A DNA stretch of 64,000 nucleotides from Lama glama (lineage: Eukaryota): NCBI GenBank assembly GCA_028534125.1, contig CM052844.1, positions 372,001 to 436,000 on the forward strand. The letters run 5' to 3'. The position numbers and the translations under genes are program-made. The notes beneath the pieces were generated by a model, which was given only the letters and a program-made list of their open reading frames with translations, did not search any database and was not told the DNA's origin. This document shows positions 13,721 to 26,229 of this stretch, piece by piece (within the stretch, counting starts at the first letter, position 1; every line of letters starts with the position of its first letter).

Positions 13721-15624
13721 AGCGGAGGCCCTGGGGGAACAGAAAGGGACAAGAGGTGGCTTGGGGACACAAGCCCTGACTCACGTCCTTGTGCAGGGCC
13801 TCGACCTGCCGCAGACTCCAGGGTGTCGTCCCTCACAAGACTGAGTGCGGGAAAGACACTATCACCAGTGAACATGGGAAACAGGCCAACGGGCTCCCCT
13901 CCGCGTAAACGCGCCTGGACCAGGCCCCCAGCCCTCTTTGTCCCAGTCAGCTCCTCGTGGCGATTTCTCATTCATATTCGTTCCCTTGGTAGTTTATTTG
14001 TCTGTGCACTCGCTCAGCGATCAGTGACACTGCGTTAGGCATCGAGCCCCCAGCACAGGAGACCAGGACCAAGGCAGTCGGCCCCCAGGTGCTCCTGCGT
14101 CTGGGTGGGAAGAGGGTCAGGCCAGGCCAGCCTCGGGAGAAGCCGGTTTCCCACGGCTGGGCAGGCGCGGGGCGCAGACTCGGTGAGTCAGCAGGTGGTG
14201 CCCGTGCACATGAGTCACGGAGCCAACGCCCCACGTGGCGCTGGTCTCAGCCGCGAAGGTGTCTCCCTGGGTGTGACCGCTGAAACTCTGCCTCGCCAAA
14301 CAGCGGAGGTAGATTTGGTGCCTCATTTCCTAATTTTAAGGTCACAAGACAAAAACCCAAATGGCCTTTGGCGAAATTACTATGAATTTCCATGTTTCTC
14401 CCTCCTTCCCAGCGGAGGTGTTGCTGTTAATCCTATAAAAGCAACTCCTCCACCAAACAGGAGAGTCAGGTCCCCAGGGGCCGGGGGGCTCGGGGCCCAC
14501 CTGGGACCCCCGTGGCTCCTGCAGCACCGTGCCCCCCCACCCCCGCCATGACGAGGTGACTGCAGCAGAGCCTCCTCGCCTGGATGCACACGTGTTCAGA
14601 GAGAGCGTCCAACGTGGGTGCCAACTCCAGCTCCTCGGAGGCAGGTGCCAAAGAACACATTCCTCCCGCCTGAGTCATGAACCTGCCGCCTGCGGTGTGG
14701 GTGCTCGGGGAGCCGCGGTGGAGCAGCGCAGCCCAAGGAGCAGGGTTCCCTCTGGGAGACACAGCCCTCTGCGTGGGCCGTGGATCAGCATGTGAAGCTG
14801 GTGGGGGGTCTTCCACGTTCTCCACTGCCAGGCAGGAGCCCAGCCTTCCCAGGCCTCTCCTCCCCGGGAGCGGTGGGGGCTGCTGGGCCCTGTGGGAGCT
14901 GCCTGTCTCCGGACCGCGGAGGGCAGATCTGTGTGGCTCTGGTGGACATGGAGGCCCTGGTGTTTGGGGAGCGGGAAACCGGAGGGTTGAGAACAAAAGC
15001 AGCAGGGCCACGTCCAGCCGCTCCGCTGAGCCTCAGGAGACTGGGGACGGCCGGCTGCCAGCCCCAGAGCCAGAGGGAAGGGCTGAGGGACCGGAAATTC
15101 AGAGACGCTCCCTGTGCCTTCCAGCCCAGAACCCGTGTGAGAACACGGAGCACACGTCCCCACTGGCTCGGCCTCTGAATCCTCCTGCTGAAGCTGGGGG
15201 TGGGGGGAGGATGCACAGGCTGGGCCCCCCGGCTCAGGGCAGCCCCCAGGCCCCATGCGGCCCCCAGGCCCCAGCGACAGGGCTGAATTCCATCAGTACT
15301 TTCTTGAGATGTCCTGCCCACTGCTGACTCTCCTCAGGTTGACTGAGGGTTTGGGGGGTGGTCACGCAGAAGAACACACTTGTGTTCGATTATCTGCTGT
15401 GTAACCAGGCCTGGCATCGATCGCCCCATGGTGACTTCAGTCTTCTTACCAAGACGGTCACCAAGAACAGAGTAAAGTTCTGTCCAGGACAGAGGAGGGG
15501 AAGGGGCAGCCCGGGTCTGGGTGTCCACCGGCGTGGACGGAGCCCTGGGGGCCTTGGACGCCATCCCCCAGGGAGCCTCTGGATCAGGTGCTGAGGTCCC
15601 CCCGGGCCTGAGGCTCTGAGCCGT

Positions 15625-15710
15625 GATTGGCCAAGTTGAGGCTGGAGCAGGGAGGCCTCACGCAGCGCGAGTGGTGTCCTTGTAAGAAGGGGTGTTTGGA
15701 CACAGATGCG
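15625..15710 (+). mobile_element. MaLR LTR (MLT1-like) fragment
   Basis: ctggagcagggaggcctc...tggtgtccttgtaagaaggggtgtttggacacaga resembles the recalled MLT1 sequence gactggtgtccttataagaagaggaaatttggacacaga. Confidence 0.6.
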
Positions 15711-18700
15711 ACCCGGGGCAGGTCGGGGATCCCTGAGGGTCCGGGCATCCCTGAGCCAGTCTTCTCCCCGCGCCCCCTGCCCCCCACCGCCCCTGTTTGG
15801 CCACACCCACCTGGGCCGACCTGGGAGGGGCTTCGTGAAGGCCCCAGTGTGGGGGCCTGTCGCTGGGTGAGTGCAAATCGCGAGCTCCTTCTGGGCCTGC
15901 CTTCCTCCGCAGCAGAGTGAAGCTGGTGGATGAGTTACTCTGATTCTCAGGAACCCCGCTGCCTGGCTTTGGCACGTCCCCACCCCTCCTCGGCCGCCGT
16001 GTCCCAGCCCAGAGGGCACGATCCGCTGCGTCGCTGCTGGTGGCCCGGTGTGGACCGAAGACATATATGTGTGCAGCTGGTGGCAGGCGATGAGGCGAAG
16101 GGAGGCCAAGAGTCCGTTTGCGGGAGGGAGAGTCCTTGTCTCCTTCAGCTTCTGTGTCTACCGCGCCACACCCAGGCTCACGGAGCCCTGGAAGCCTCTG
16201 CGGCAGGGCTCCCAGTTGAGACAGCGGGCTCCCAGGGCTTCAGTTCCCTAAGTCTGTATCTGAGGCAAAGCAGGGCTTGGCCTCGGGAGGCCTGCGACAG
16301 AACGCACCTCAGCCAAGGACCCGGCCACAAGTGACGGGAAGCTGCTTTGCAAACCACAGCCTCAGTGTAGAACAGCGTTGCTCACCCACCAAGACAGGAG
16401 ACAGGAGACAACACCCCGGGTCTGAGGAATAAAGCGCGCAACGAGGGGTCTAGCTGGGCCTCGCCTGCGAGGAGCCCCGAGGGAGGACGTCACCGTCCTG
16501 TCAAAGCCCGGCCACCAGCCGCAGGCAGGCACTCGCGTCATGTGTCTTGATCGTGGCCTCAGGCCCAGGCCCCCGTGTGTCAGGGGTTCCCCCCCATGTC
16601 TGGCCTGAAGCACCCTGATGCCAGGTTCTCCCAAGTCTTCTGGTAAGTCGGGCTCCCACCCCTGCTGCCCCGGGCTCCCCGCCTCCACCAGGTCCAGGTG
16701 CGTCACCCCCCCCAGCACACAGCTGCCCCGGGGAATCACATGAGGCCTCTGCCCAGATGGTGTGACCCCTCGGGCGGGAGGGGGGCTCGTGTTTGAGCAC
16801 TATGACAAAAGGCTGGCATCTCGAAGGCCCCCAGACAGGGGTGAGGCTGGTGCAGCCTGGCAGGGCGCCAGGCTAGCGAGAGCAGGGGCCAGGGAAAGGG
16901 TGTGTCTTTTAAACATCGCAGGGGAAAAAAAACATTGCTTTGTACCAGCCTGTGGGAGCTGCGTTGTCCGCGATGCTGTGTGCTGGGAGGCAGGCTGGTG
17001 GGCCCGGAGCCTCGCTCGCTGTGGCCGTAACTCCCCACATGCACGAGCAGGGATCCACATGGTCAGCATGTGGCCAGGAGCGCATGTGCCCACCTTCCCT
17101 TAGGCGGCCCACTCTCCTCTACTTCTCGGGGGCTCCCTGAGGGCAGGGCCATGTACATTTTCCTTTGTAATAACGCCTAGTCCAGCGCTCAGACCCCCGC
17201 AGGACACAGCCACGGTGAGCAGCACCAGGGACACCAGATACAGGGGCTTAGCCGGTGCCCGGGACCCCGCGTGTCATCTCCGGGGGCCAGCCCCAGGCCT
17301 CGGCTGCCAGGCCCCGAGCCAGGGGTGAGGAATTCTTTATGGAGAGAAGTGGAGAATAAAACCAGACGGTTGTCCTGGAGCCAGAGGGTCTAAGGGGCAC
17401 AGCGGCAGGGACGCGCCCTTTGACCCGGACAGTGCGAGGCTGGTGCTGACTGTCATCCACAGCCAGAGGGCACCCTGCTTAGGGACTGAAGCCCAACCTT
17501 GCTGCCTCTCTGCTGAGTGGCTTCTTGCCGCCCACGCCCGGCTCCGCTCTCCGGGCCCACCTGCCCAGCTCTGGTCCAAGGGCTGGTCCTGTCCCCCTCG
17601 CCCCTCGCGGCTGGGGCCACGCCAACCCCGGGCCCAGTCAGCGAGCAGGCGGCTCCACCGCCCCCGGGGGCAGGCCCCCCGCTCCTCCTCAGTGAAGAGA
17701 CACTGCCTGGGGTTTCACCGCAAGCCCATCGAAACCTAATCCAGAAGTTTTTGGTTAATGGAATAATCAGGAATTAAATGATCTGGTTAATGGGGTTAAA
17801 ACCTCTTTTGTTGGAGGTTTCCCTCAAATGTACCCTAGCCCACCACCCCCAGCGCGTGCGCAGCTCGCTCGTCTCAAACCTCAAGTCGAGCGCCGGGCGC
17901 AGGCGGGCCTCCCGCAGCTCTGCGACCACCCGCCTGGCACCCGCGGGCTTGCTGGTTCCCTCCACCTTCCATCCTGGAACGCCGGGGGTGTGGTGGGGGA
18001 CCTGTGGCTGCAGCCTGTTAGGAGCATTCCGTGGATGGTGCAGATTTCCACCCGGCTTCCACGCAGCCGGCGTCCGCGGGAGACACAAGACCGAGCCCAG
18101 ACCTGGATTTGCCCACCTGGAGACCTGGAATCGATGTGGTGACAACTTACCCACTGCCCTGGAGGCTGGCCTGGCTGGGCAGGCAGCACGAGGGCTGGGG
18201 GCCCCCCGCCTTGCCTTCATCCCAGCCCCAGGGGGTGATGGGCCCCGAGCAGGTCCCTGGGAGCCACAGGCCAGGTGGGGGACCTGAGGTGGAGACACAG
18301 CCAGGACGCCACGGAGCGGCCTGGTGTGCGAGGATTGAAGACTCCCAAGTCCCTACTCAGAGCCCGTGCTGTCCCCACAGGGCCGTGCTGGGCCAGCTCT
18401 GAACACGTCTCACCTCCCCATGTCAGGCTCGGGTGCCTGCACACAGCGTCCAGGGTGTCGTGAACGGCAGGCAGAGAACAGTTCAAGTGTCATCACTGGT
18501 GACTCGGTCCCCTCCTCTCTCAACCTCAAGGCCACGGCCCTTCAGCCAGGCACTCGCATCCCCCACATGCAGCCTGATGGAGTCACCAGTGTGGCACACC
18601 CCTCCCCCAGCCTCTCCCCTGCGGCCGGCCGGCCGGACCACAGCGAGGTTCCCGGCAGGGGCAGTGAGGTCAGCGGGACCCCGAGGCGTCGTCTCCATCA

Positions 18701-19293
18701 TCTGCTTTGCTCTGGCTCCAGGAATAATCAGGAAATCCAGGCGAGGGGGGCACACGGCATCCGTCACCTGCGTCCAGGACGGGGGCCCGGTGACAGGCAG
18801 GGCCGGAGGACACGGGGCAGAAGGAAGCCAGCGGCCCGGCCAGCCGCCCCGGCCAGGAAACTGCAGTCACCAGACGCAAGGAAACCCGAATGTAGCCTAA
18901 CAGGAGGGGCCCCGACCCCCAGGGTAGGAGGGTCCCGGAACCTGGGTGGGGGAGGCACGGGGAGTGGGGTGCACAGAGAACTCCAGGGGCCCCAGTGAGA
19001 GGGAGGAGGGAGACAGCCAGGGCCTGACTCTTTATGCCGGGCTGTTCTGGTCCCTCCCGTCCTGGTCAGCCCCACGCCCACCCCAGGCAGCTGCTCAGAG
19101 CTGCCTCAGCTCACTGACTGTGCCTCAGGCTGGCCTGGGTCACTGAAGTTGGTGAAGGTGTCAGGACAGAACTGAACAAGCAGAGCTGCCCTCAGGGTCC
19201 CCTGCCCCAGCCCTGTGCACCGGGGCCTTGCTGGGCTGTCACAAACTCTGCTGTGACATCACTGTGTGGTGAGATGCCAGACACGTCAACTCA

Positions 19294-19385
19294 GTGGGGA
19301 TGGGTGGGTGGACAGTGGCTGGCTGGCTGGGTGGGTGATGGGTGGATGGACAGGTGGACAGAAGGCTGGACGGATGACGGATGGA
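19294..19385 (+). repeat. Degenerate (TGGA/TGGG/TGGC)n simple repeat
   Basis: gatgggtgggtggacagtggctggctggctgggtgggtgatgggtggatgga... Confidence 0.8.
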
Positions 19386-21819
19386 TACCAGCTTCTCTCC
19401 CCTCACAGCGCGAGCACGGTGAGAAAGCCCCGTTGCCTCACAGGTTGACCCCTAGCCCTGAGATCCCCCGGGGCCTCAGTCACTCCCTCTGTGGGTCGGG
19501 GCTCTGACTTCCTTGTCTGCCTCCCAGGGCAGGTTTGAGGATGAAACAACACAGAGCACATTTGAAAACACGGTGAAAACTGTGGCTGAACTGAGCACAC
19601 GAGTCATGGGTTGTTATCTAGGTTAAGGGCAGTGAGTACACATTAGTGGTAAGTTTGGATTAGAGGGTACACTTTTAAAAAATTTACTTTATTCCTTTCA
19701 AGTATATGTAGTTACAGGAACTAATTGCTAATAGTATATTTTCAAGTCCAAGTCCTGCTGGGCTGACTTCAATGAATAGAAAAAAAATCTCATAATTAGC
19801 AGCCTTATTTGCATGCAAACAACGAATGCTCCCAAAGACCTTAAAACCACTTGCATTCTTAATTTAAGTGATTAAATTGCTTGGCAAACCCCTTTCTCAT
19901 TAAAAAGTCTAAAAGTGAACTTGAACCAGCCAAATATCATTAACGCCCAGTTGTTCTGAGTTCCAGGTTAAGGAACCTCAGTTAATCTGTTTTCCAGGTA
20001 CAGTAGGAAAGCACAGAGTAGCAGCACCCTTGAAATGCGGCGGACCTCACTTCCCGGGTGTGAAACTAACGGGCCGTCAGCCCGCGGTTACTCTGGGCCG
20101 TGTCATCCGGGAAGGGACTGACAGCAGCTGTCCCTGTGAAGTGGCCTGAGAGCCTCTGAGCCCGTTCCAGGTGAGGACAGCTGGGCGACGGGCCGGGAAA
20201 CATGGGCAGCTCGCCGCGAGCCCAGCACGGCCTCCTGTCGCGGTGACAGTGTGACACCAGAGCCGTGTCCCATGCGAAGGGGCCCACGCCACCTGAACGC
20301 AGACACATTTTTCCTTCTCTGTTGCTTTTTGGAAACTGAAAACCTCTGTCTCTTCCGAGCGACTCTTTTGTTCTTCCTCCAGGTAAAAAGCATATTTGGC
20401 AGCTAAAGCTGTTTTTCAGCCTCTGTTTGACGCTTTCCGTTCCGATTAAAATTATGTGGAGCCCCAGGCGGATCTGGTCACCCCAGCCGCTCTCTGTCTA
20501 GATGTGCAGTTTCGATGTGAATAACATTATTGTTCTGAGATACAAAACGCAAGGAAAATGGAAGACTGACTACTTCTCTGACTCAAATTTGGCCGAGTGA
20601 AGGAGCTTTGAAAAATCAAGCATCAGAAATTCTGCTTTCAGCCAAGATGGACTAACAGGGGCCAGGTTTTCCCGCCCACCAATGAGAGTGAAAAATAGGA
20701 GAAATACATGAAGCATGTGTTAGACATCAGACGGCAGGCGGGGAAGAGTGGCGACCCCGAGGCGGGGGCAGCAGACCAGCTGCGCGCTGGGGCTGCCTTG
20801 CCGCGCCCCGGCGCAGGTGACGACGGGCTGGGCGTGCAGGGCACAGAGGTCCGGTAAAGAGCCGCCCCCAAAACCCAGGAAGAGGTGCCGGGACCTCACA
20901 CGAGGCGGCCCCACGGTGGAAAACCTCATGCTCCACGGGGCATCGGGAGCGTCCTCAGGGGGGTTTGCCTTAGCAGTGGGAAACATCAGCCAAAGACGGC
21001 TGTCCTGGTCCCACGGAACTAGGTTAAAAAACCGGGACGACCCAAAAGGGTCAAAACTCTCTGCGTGACTAACTGCATCCCAAACACAGCTCAAGCTTTC
21101 ATGAGGGGAACACACCCAGCACTCAGTGAGGTGAACTTCACAGCGTCTTGGCATCTGACTGCGCAGAAAAGCGGGGGAACACCCCCATGATAAGGTGAAA
21201 AATCAATCAGTGGAATCAACTGAAAATTAAACAGATGATGGAATTAGCAGACGAGGTGACTGCAGCTGTCATCGCCACACGTTCAAGAAGTCGGAGGAAC
21301 AGCTGAACGTGGAGGATCTTCTCTAAACCCCTACGCCGAGCTCCCAGCGCCGAGTGACGCTGCTGGAACCGAGGGCACGCCAGGTTAAGAGCAGACTGGA
21401 CGCTGTGGAAGACGTAGCACTAGAAACGATATGAAATGAACAGAGGAGAAGTCTGAAAACAGAGCCTCAGCGAGTGGTGGGCCAGCTCCACACACCCTCA
21501 GACTGTGGAGCTGGAGCGGCTGAGGGAGCAGCAGAAACCCTGGAAGAGACCATGGCTGAAATTTTCCACATTTGCTGAAAACCATAAACCCACAGATCCA
21601 TGAGGCTCCAACCCCAAGCACCAGAGATGTGGGGAAATTTACACCCAGTTACACAAAGCGCTTAAAGCTAGTGACAAGAGGGAAGATCGTAAAAGCAGGC
21701 AGGGGAAAAACACACATTGTGTATGAAAGAGCAAAGGTGAGGGTGATGGCTGGACTCCTACCAGCAGCAGTGCAACCGGCAGACAGTCACGCAGCGTCTT
21801 TAAAGAACTTGAAGAACAG

Positions 21820-21977
21820 CAGGAGGGCACAGCTCAGCACGGGAGCACGTGCTCAGCACGCACGAAGTCCGGGGTCCAAGCCCAGCACCTCCTCCAAATA
21901 GAAATAAACAAATGAACCCAATCCCCTCCCCCTCATAAAACAAAAGGGGAAAAAAAGTGGGCTTTGATTAAAAAAAG
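21820..21977 (+). mobile_element. tRNA-derived camelid-type SINE, highly diverged
   Basis: ggagggcacagctcagcacgggagcacgtgctcagcacgcacgaagtccggggtccaagcccagcacctcc plus an A-rich tail. It aligns by eye to the copies at 26102 and 47429. Confidence 0.8.
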
Positions 21978-22049
21978 CACCTAAAGGAAATAAATAAAAA
22001 TGTGAACTGAGAATTCAATAGCCACAAAAGATCTCTCAAAAATGAAAGC

Positions 22050-24415
22050 GAATGCGACCCAGCATATCAATACCTAAAGAAGGACAATCATACGATCCTG
22101 TCAGCTCACGAGAACAAGCGCTTGGCGAAGTGTCACTCCTGGAAGTGACGGGCACCCTCGGCAAAGCAGGAGTAGAGGGAGCTTCCTCAACTCAGCAGGC
22201 TCCTGCAAAACCCTGCTGCTCACAGACGCAACCGGGGAAGGCCGAACGCGCTGCCCAGAGCCCGGGGGCACAACGAGGGCCCCGCGCCCGTCACTTCGCC
22301 TAGCACGGCACGCGGGCTCACCAGCGCAGCAAAGCAAGGAAAGGGGTAAAAGGCACAGGTGCCAGGAAGGAAGACATGAGAAGCCCCGACTTGCAGGTGA
22401 CATCGACTATCGACACGAAGCCCCAGAAATCGGCAGCAGACTCCTGGAGCTGGTACGAGGTTCATCAGCCTCACAGGATGAAGTCAGCACACGTCCGCAC
22501 ACTGACGGCGAGCACACGTGGACAGCTGAACTGAAAACACAATTCCGGTCACAACTGACGCAAAGAAAGCTGAACGCTAAGGTTTACGACCCTGAAAATA
22601 AAAAATGAAGTCAAAAAATTTAAAGACCTTCCTATGAATAGTAAGAAGAAAAATAATAAAAACAGGCCTAAAGTCATGTTTGTGGGTTGGAAGGTTCGAC
22701 GTGGCAGACTTGCTAATTCTCCCCAAGTTGATTCTCAGGTCCAACGCGATTCCGACCAGCTGTCCAGTGAGCCTTCCCGCAGGCGCAGACGCGCGCACTC
22801 TGACACTTACGCGGGAAGACACAGGCCTAGACGGGCTGCGACAACTTGGTGGAGAAGGGCAAGTGGGAGGAACCGCTGGGTATTCCAAGGCTCACAGAGG
22901 AGCAGCCGTGCAGACAGTGTGGGACTGATGAGAACAGAGAACCCAGGAAAGACCCACACCAGTGTGTTCAGAAGCACAAACGTGCCTTTCAGGGGACGGC
23001 GCAGGAGCAGTTAGAGCTTCAAGAGGACAAAACAAACCCAGACCCAAGTTTCACACCTTGTGCAAAGAATTAGCTACAAATGGATGTGGACTTCAATGTA
23101 AACACAACCCTATAAACCTTCCGTAAGAAAAGAAGAGCCCTTTAGGGCCTTGGGCTGGGTAAAATTCTTAGGTTTAACCCCAAACAGCACAACCTGTGAA
23201 AGGAAGAGCAAACAATCATCAAAGCTAAACAGGGTTTTCACCTCAAGATCCTAGTAAGAGGCTGCAAAGAAAGCCACAGACCGGCAGGAAATACCTGCAA
23301 ACTACACACCCGTCCACGGACGCGCCTCTGGAACGAATAAAGGCCTCGGACCCGAGTGTGGAAAACAAGGCGAGACAAAGCAAGCGGAAACTGGAACACG
23401 GGCAGAGACCACGGAGAGACGTTTCCCCACGGAGGACGCGCAGGCGGTGACGGAGACGCCCCCACGACGAGCTCAGCGTCGCTGGCCAGCAGGTAGGCAC
23501 GTCGCAGCCACGCAGAGCGCCTAGGCACACCTGCCAGACCAGCGGAGGCAAGCGTGCCCGTTCCCGCGCCGCCAGTGGGAAGGCAAGGTGACGGAGAAGC
23601 TCAGAGGGCTGGGTGGTCTTAAGAACTAAGCTCGCGCTTCCTCTGTGACGTGGCAACTGCCCTTCGGGGCCTTGACTCCAAAAAACGAAAACCTCCGCTC
23701 ACCAAAGCCCAAAGTGAACCTTCACGTGTGCAACGTTTGCAGCAGCCTTGTCCACGGTGGTCAAAGAACTGGGGCAACAGCCAGGTGTCCTCAGTGCGTT
23801 TTGTTCTGTAAGTTGTCCCAGTGCCGGCTTCCTATGCTGGGGGGCATGTGGTGAGGGTTCCGTGGGGCCCCTCCCGCAGACATGTTTTGGCAGCTGCTTG
23901 TGAATCTATCGCTATCCGTCCACACCGGGGAGGACCACCCCCCAGTCGAGGGTACAGGCTGCCGACACAGCGACAGCCCAGTGGCTCGCAGGAGAGACGC
24001 GGGGGAGGTGAAGCCCACCTCAGAAGTCACACACCATGTGACTCCCTTTGTGAGGAATAACAAAACCGTACATGTGGGAACAAAGGCGAGGTGCACGGGC
24101 GACAGGTGGCGGGCAGGAAGCGGGTGGCTGCGGAGATAAAGGGCCAGTGTGAGGGGACCTCGTGACGGGGAAGTTCCTCTCAGGGTCGGTGGGTCCGTGA
24201 GCCTGCACGTGAGCAAGCGCTGAGCACTCACGCGCGCACACAGATACGTGCCTGTAAAACTGGCACCATCTGAGGAGCGTCTGTAACTTGTGCCCATGTC
24301 AGTTTCCTGTTCTGGAGGGAAGGTGGGGAGGGTTCAGTGGGTCCCCTCCCCCCGCTGTACATTTTTGGGCAACTTCTTGTGAATCTACCATTACTTAAAT
24401 ACAAAATTTTAAAAC
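22050..24415 (+). mobile_element. Nested 5'-truncated L1 (RT remnant to 3'UTR), strongly GC-shifted
   Basis: Degenerate equivalents of NHMIISIDAEKAFDKI at about 22085 and LFADDMI at about 22390, gacccaagtttcacaccttgtgcaaagaattagct, and the 3' end caacttcttgtgaatctaccattacttaaatacaaaattttaaaa. Confidence 0.75.
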
Positions 24416-26101
24416 CTGACAAAATAAACACTTTTCCACACATACAAAAGCTGAACTTTCTCAGCACCACTGCCAGACGTCAGAGGAAGTTCTGCAGGAA
24501 GACACACCAGATGGAAATGTCGGTCTACAAAGCCATGGCCGCACGGGGAGGGGCAGCCACACGGGAATGTGAAATATTTCTAATTCTTTATCATTTAACT
24601 CTCTCAAAAGAGAATTCCTCTTTAAAGGGAAATAATAACGGTGTGTTGTGGGGTTCGTAGCATGCACAGGAGCAGAGCTTGACAGCAAACAGCACAAGGG
24701 CTGCGAGCAGAGACGGGAAGACGTGGCGTCAGGGTCTCATGTGACCTGCGACGCAGTTTTGTGTCACTGGAAGGTAAGCTCTGATGTCAAAGATGTTACC
24801 TACAGACCCTAACAAGCACTAAAGTAAAATAGCAAAGACTGCGGCTAATTAGCCAGCAAGGGAGACAGATCTGGGATTATAACAAATACTCAATCCAAAG
24901 GGAGACAGGGAAGGGCAAATGGGGAGGAAACGCATTAAGCAGAAAATAAACAAGACGGCAGAAAGTAAGACCAGACCGTATGCCAGCACGTGGTTTATAC
25001 GTTGTCATAAAAGGGCTAAAATTCAAAGAAGTGAACAAATGTGTACATGCTAACACTAAGCAGATTAGTATCAGCTCAGGTAGGTTTTAGAGCAAAAGGT
25101 ATCGCCAGGGATGAAGAGGATAAGGCGCAATCACGCATCAGTCAGCCTGGAGCACGCAGCAACACCGAGGAACCTGCACAGCCCTAAGTAAAGAGCTCTG
25201 AGACGCCCTCAGCGGAATGGGCGGAGCTGCAGCAGAAGCAAATGAAGCCATGGTTACACCAGAGATTCCACCTTCTCTCTTAATAATTCACATGACAAGG
25301 AGGCAGTGGATGAGGAAGAATCCAGAAGACCCAACAGCACTGCTGACCGACCTGACCAGGGGGAAGCCAGGGAACGCTCGCCACCAGCACGGAGTGCGCT
25401 GCTCACTGGTGCTCAGGAACATTCGCCACGACGGCCCCTCTGGACCCTGACGCAGGACTCAGTGAACATAAAAACTACCTCATCCAAACTACGTCCTCCA
25501 AGCAACAGTGGCGTTAAGCCAGAAATGTGGGACGTCTCCAAATACTTGAAAACTAAATGATGTGCTTCTCAATGGGTCAAAACTAAGTTAGATGAAAGTT
25601 AGCAAGAATTCTGAACTGAACAAAAGGAGAATGTAACATATTAAAATCTGCGGGAAGCAGCTAAAGCAGACCTTGGAGGTGAGCTGATAGCGCCAAACGC
25701 CCACGTTGGGGAAGACGTTTCAAATGGAGGATTTCAGCTTCTGTCTTAAGAAACTAGATGGAGGAGCAAATGAAACAAAGTAAGAAGAAAGGATATAGTA
25801 AAGAGCAGAGTTTATCAGTGAAATCAAAAGACAGTTCTTCGAAAAGATCAATAAAAGATAAGCTTTCAGTCAGACTGACCAGGAAAAGGGGAGGGAGAGA
25901 GGAGACCCGGACGAGAGCGAGGACTCACGACGGACCCTACGCAGACTGAAAGGACAGCACAGGACAGCGCCACCAGCGGCGTCGTGCCACCACTTAGACG
26001 AAACGGACAAATTCCCTGAGAGACATGGACCACCACGGCTCGCCCGAGAGACAGGTGAAAACCTAAACGACTCTGTATCTATTAAGGAGATGGAATTTAG
26101 T

Positions 26102-26229
26102 GGGGAGGGTGTGGCTCAGTGGTACAGCACACACCGAGCATGCACAAGGTCCTGGGTTCAATTCCTAGTACCTCCATTAAATAAATACATATAATTACCC
26201 TCACCTCCAAAAAAATTTTTTTTAAAGAG
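26102..26229 (+). mobile_element. tRNA-derived camelid-type SINE with a target-site duplication
   Basis: ggggagggtgtggctcagtggt (A box) ... ggtcctgggttcaattcc (B box) ... taaataaata...attaccctc. TSDs at 26084-26099 and 26230-26245. Confidence 0.9.

Noticed and set aside
17760-18734. Exact 14-mer repeat GGAATAATCAGGAA at 17760 and 18721
   Set aside because: A few 14-mer matches are expected by chance in 64 kb, and the flanks do not align.
26102-26175. tRNA gene
   Set aside because: It has A and B boxes but also a SINE-specific 3' region, an A-rich tail, TSDs and sister copies in the window, so it is a SINE.
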